Below are positions 61,213 through 64,000 of a stretch of 64,000 nt of DNA, piece by piece. Positions within the stretch are counted from its first letter, which is position 1. Every line of letters begins with the position of its first letter. Position numbers and translations under genes: made by a program. Where the stretch lies: NCBI GenBank assembly GCA_965242965.1, contig OZ251518.1:4320001-4384000 (forward strand), in the 5' to 3' direction. Under the pieces are notes generated by a model that saw only the letters and a program-made list of their open reading frames with translations, ran no database searches and had not been told where the DNA came from. The DNA comes from Candidatus Poribacteria bacterium (GTDB lineage Bacteria; Poribacteria; WGA-4E; WGA-3G).

Positions 61213-61491
61213 TGTGACTGCCTGATAGCGCGTTTTCCGTTCCGAGAATTGATGGATACACCACCAATTTTTAAATGTAAGTTCAGGAATTCAAGACGAC
61301 ATTTCTCAGCAAGATGACTGCCTCATAAACGGGTGCTTCTTCAAGGTCTGTAAGACCTTAATGTCTATAGCACCCAGAACGCCAAAAGCCCTAAGGTCCG
61401 TAGGACCTTAATGTGTTCTCACGTTATGCATGTCTTTTCCTAGCAAATCTTGAGAGGGGCAAACACGTTTTTCTACAGACATGTTTTTTAC

Positions 61492-61520
61492 TTGTCTTTT
61501 GCTTCCAAATGTCGTATAAT
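61492..61520 (+). promoter_or_regulatory. Sigma70-like promoter separated from its gene by element E6
   Basis: TTGTCT-17 bp-TATAAT. Confidence 0.55.
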
Positions 61521-61526
61521 TAGTAT

Positions 61527-61824
61527 GAGGGTGTTTCATAACTCCGTTTCGGTATTTATCCGCCTTGGGGAGCGGGCGAATACCGAAAGGCATCGGACCC
61601 ATCTCTGTAGTTCGGGTTCGCCTGCACCCGAACGGGTCAGGATCAGGCGATCCTGACCTACAGGGATAATGCAGTCTGACAGCAGAACGCATGGCGAGGG
61701 GAACCCGCTCGCCTGCGCGTGGGGAAACCTGCGCGGGCCCTCGCCCTAGGTGAATGGGCGGCGTTTTTTTCACCGTAGCGCGGGGCCTGTCCCCGCGACG
61801 TTGAGCGATTTATGAAACACTCTC
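61527..61824. mobile_element. TIR-bounded non-autonomous element E6
   Basis: GAGGGTGTTTCATAA...TTATGAAACACtCTC with perfect 9-bp duplication AATTAGTAT (61518-61526, 61825-61833). Confidence 0.92.
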
Positions 61825-61881
61825 AATTAGTATCGTAAGGACAGCGGACGAACCTCCTGTCCATCACAAGGGAGATTTATC

Positions 61882-62613
61882 ATGACAAAAATTTTCACGG
61901 CAGTAATTGTCGTTATGTTAGTCGTGGGGATTGCGCCCATGACTGATGCAGATCCTGACGCACCCAATGCACAGAGCGAGCAGCACGAACACAACCCGGA
62001 ATCGCCAGATAACCGTCCGCAGGCAGCACCGCAGACAACATCACGAGGAAACATCGGCGACGTGATACTTACCATAATCTGGAGGACAATCAGTACCATA
62101 ATCGGGGGTCTCTTCTGTGGCTTCTTGCTCTACAAAGGGTACCAATGGATGGATGAGATGCGATACCACCCGAAAAATTCCTCATGGCAAAAAACGCCAT
62201 CGGGAGTCTGGTATTCTAACGCCATATGGCAATTCGATCCTGACGATGGCAAGCGTTGGCTAAAAATTTTTGGAATAGACAAAATAGTCCAAAAAGCGAT
62301 TAGCGGGCGGAGATTATCTCCTGAGGAAGAGATTGAATCTCATACACCAAAAGAGATTCGTCTACCTCCAATAACAGTAGATGTCCCTATTTCTTTCGTG
62401 CCAACGCTATTTGAGGTAGTAAATCGGACTCTATACGTCAGGGACGAAAAATTGTCAGATTTGCCACCTCAAATACGTGAATTAACAGATGAATGGCAAG
62501 TTATGCCATTGGAAACTTACAACAGTCCAGAAGGGTATATCCGATACGAGGTTGTGCTAACCCATGCAATCAACGAAGATGTCTGGAGGCAATACAGGGA
62601 TTCTAACCCATGA
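61882..62613 (+). CDS. AT-rich hypothetical membrane protein with signal-like N-terminus
   Basis: GGGAG RBS, N-terminal hydrophobic segment, internal TM helix. Confidence 0.7.
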   Translation: MTKIFTAVIVVMLVVGIAPMTDADPDAPNAQSEQHEHNPESPDNRPQAAPQTTSRGNIGDVILTIIWRTISTIIGGLFCGFLLYKGYQWMDEMRYHPKNSSWQKTPSGVWYSNAIWQFDPDDGKRWLKIFGIDKIVQKAISGRRLSPEEEIESHTPKEIRLPPITVDVPISFVPTLFEVVNRTLYVRDEKLSDLPPQIRELTDEWQVMPLETYNSPEGYIRYEVVLTHAINEDVWRQYRDSNP

Positions 62614-62988
62614 TAAGGCATGCACGCCGCTATGGAGCGGGAGTGCAAGCCTTATATCAAGGATGAGCGGAATCTGATGTTGGTTAAAGTCGGTAGACGA
62701 GAGGCGAAAAACCCTACTGGCATTTCCAGTTTGGATTAACCTTCCACGATAATGCAACCGAAATTTCGGCATCGCGAGGGACAGGCCCTCGCCCTACGAG
62801 TTGGGAGAAGACTGCGCTTGGCTTGGCGAGGGACAAGCCTCGCACTACAGTCACTGTAGTTCGGGAGCACCCGCTCCCGAACAGTTCAGGATCAGGCGAT
62901 CCTGAACTACAGGGATGATGCAGTCTGGCAGCCAAACGCATGGCGAGGGACAGGCCCTCGCCCTACGGGAACCGAAAAGGAGACAAAA

Positions 62989-64000
62989 ATGAAAATCTTA
63001 GTCACCGGCGGCACAGGCCGCATCGGAGCGAACCTCGCAAAAAAATTATTGGAAAAAGGCCACGAAATCCGCAGCTTCGTTTATCCCGGCGATGTCCATC
63101 GTGTCAATCGCCTTGATGGATATGAACGCGTCGAGACGGTCCTCGGAGATCTACGCGAATCCGAGGATGTCAAAAAGGCGGTTGAAGGCGTTGATGCTAT
63201 TTACCATATCGCCGCCGCATTCGGCGGGCCGTTTGACAACCGCGACTATCTCGCCATCAACGGCATGGGCACGCTCAACCTGCTTGAGTGTATCCGCGAG
63301 TGCAACCCGAACATCCATCGCCTCGTCTATGCCTCCACTGAAGCGATTTATTGGAACCTTACCGAAAAATGGCGGATTTTTGAAGAGCCGATTACCGAGG
63401 AGATGGTGGCAAAATACCACGCGATGCCCTATTTCCTCACAAAATGGATCGGCGAAGAGCTGTGCATGACGTATCATCACCAACACGGTATCCCGACTAC
63501 CGTCTTCCGTTTCACAACGGTGATCGAACCGAGCGAATTTCTCAACGAAGAAGGCATGCCGAAGCAGTTCATCTTGAGTCCCCTCTATCAACGCTACAAG
63601 AATTTCAAGGGGGACCGGCCGCTTGACATCGTGGCGGCGCACATGGTGAGAGCCGGGTGGAACGGCGAAGAAAAAATTGTCAAGAAACTCAGCCCGGACG
63701 GCCGCCCCTATAAGGAGCATTACGCCGATATTCGCGACATCGTCCAAGGATTGATACTCGGCCTGGAGAAGGATGCCGCTGTCGGTGAGGAGTTCACCCT
63801 CGGCGGAAAGGCACTCTTTGACTACGAAGAAATCGTCCCGTATCTGTGCAGACGGTATTACTTGGAGGCTGTGGAGGTGCAGATGCCGACGGCGAACTAT
63901 TTTGAGTTTGACTTGGGCAAAATCAGAAGATTGCTCGGTTTTGAACCGCAGCACGATCTGGCGAGCATCCTCGATGCCGCCGAAGCGATGCGGCGCGGCG
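62989..64000 (+). CDS. NAD-dependent epimerase/dehydratase (3'-truncated; not in ORF track)
   Basis: AAGGAG RBS; MKILVTGGTGRIG; YFLTK (YxxxK). Confidence 0.88.
   Translation, partial: MKILVTGGTGRIGANLAKKLLEKGHEIRSFVYPGDVHRVNRLDGYERVETVLGDLRESEDVKKAVEGVDAIYHIAAAFGGPFDNRDYLAINGMGTLNLLECIRECNPNIHRLVYASTEAIYWNLTEKWRIFEEPITEEMVAKYHAMPYFLTKWIGEELCMTYHHQHGIPTTVFRFTTVIEPSEFLNEEGMPKQFILSPLYQRYKNFKGDRPLDIVAAHMVRAGWNGEEKIVKKLSPDGRPYKEHYADIRDIVQGLILGLEKDAAVGEEFTLGGKALFDYEEIVPYLCRRYYLEAVEVQMPTANYFEFDLGKIRRLLGFEPQHDLASILDAAEAMRRG

Overview
Bacterial chromosomal window; inferred to be Candidatus Poribacteria-like from a LamG protein with a C-terminal KLATxWGxIK motif, the sulfatase/PQQ-propeller/Uma2 content and dense GTAG-REP repeats. 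The housekeeping backbone has the 3' part of an A1-type heme-copper oxidase cluster (ending in a USP/rubredoxin/PCP_red-like fusion), yraN, plsC, ychF, leuB, rpsF-ssb-rpsR-rplI-dnaB, mlaE/F/D-like genes, radA-ispD-ispF-cysS, dprA and accA. Accessory and defence-like genes are interspersed: two DNA methyltransferase/Mrr-like nuclease fusions, a methyltransferase remnant, three tandem Uma2 nucleases, a Schlafen(AlbA_2)-HATPase protein, an MNT-HEPN fusion and an orphan HicB. Most intergenic space is built from many GTAG-REP hairpin types. Two non-coding signals stand out. (1) Six non-autonomous elements are bounded by the inverted repeat GAGGGTGTTTCAT, four have 8-10 bp target duplications, and their interiors are shuffled REP modules. 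(2) An orphan IS605/TnpB right-end, omegaRNA-like sequence with no tnpB lies behind strong sigma70 promoters in the rpsF leader. No CRISPR array, tRNA, rRNA, transposase or reverse transcriptase was recognised. All family calls are by motif recognition only; no searches were run.
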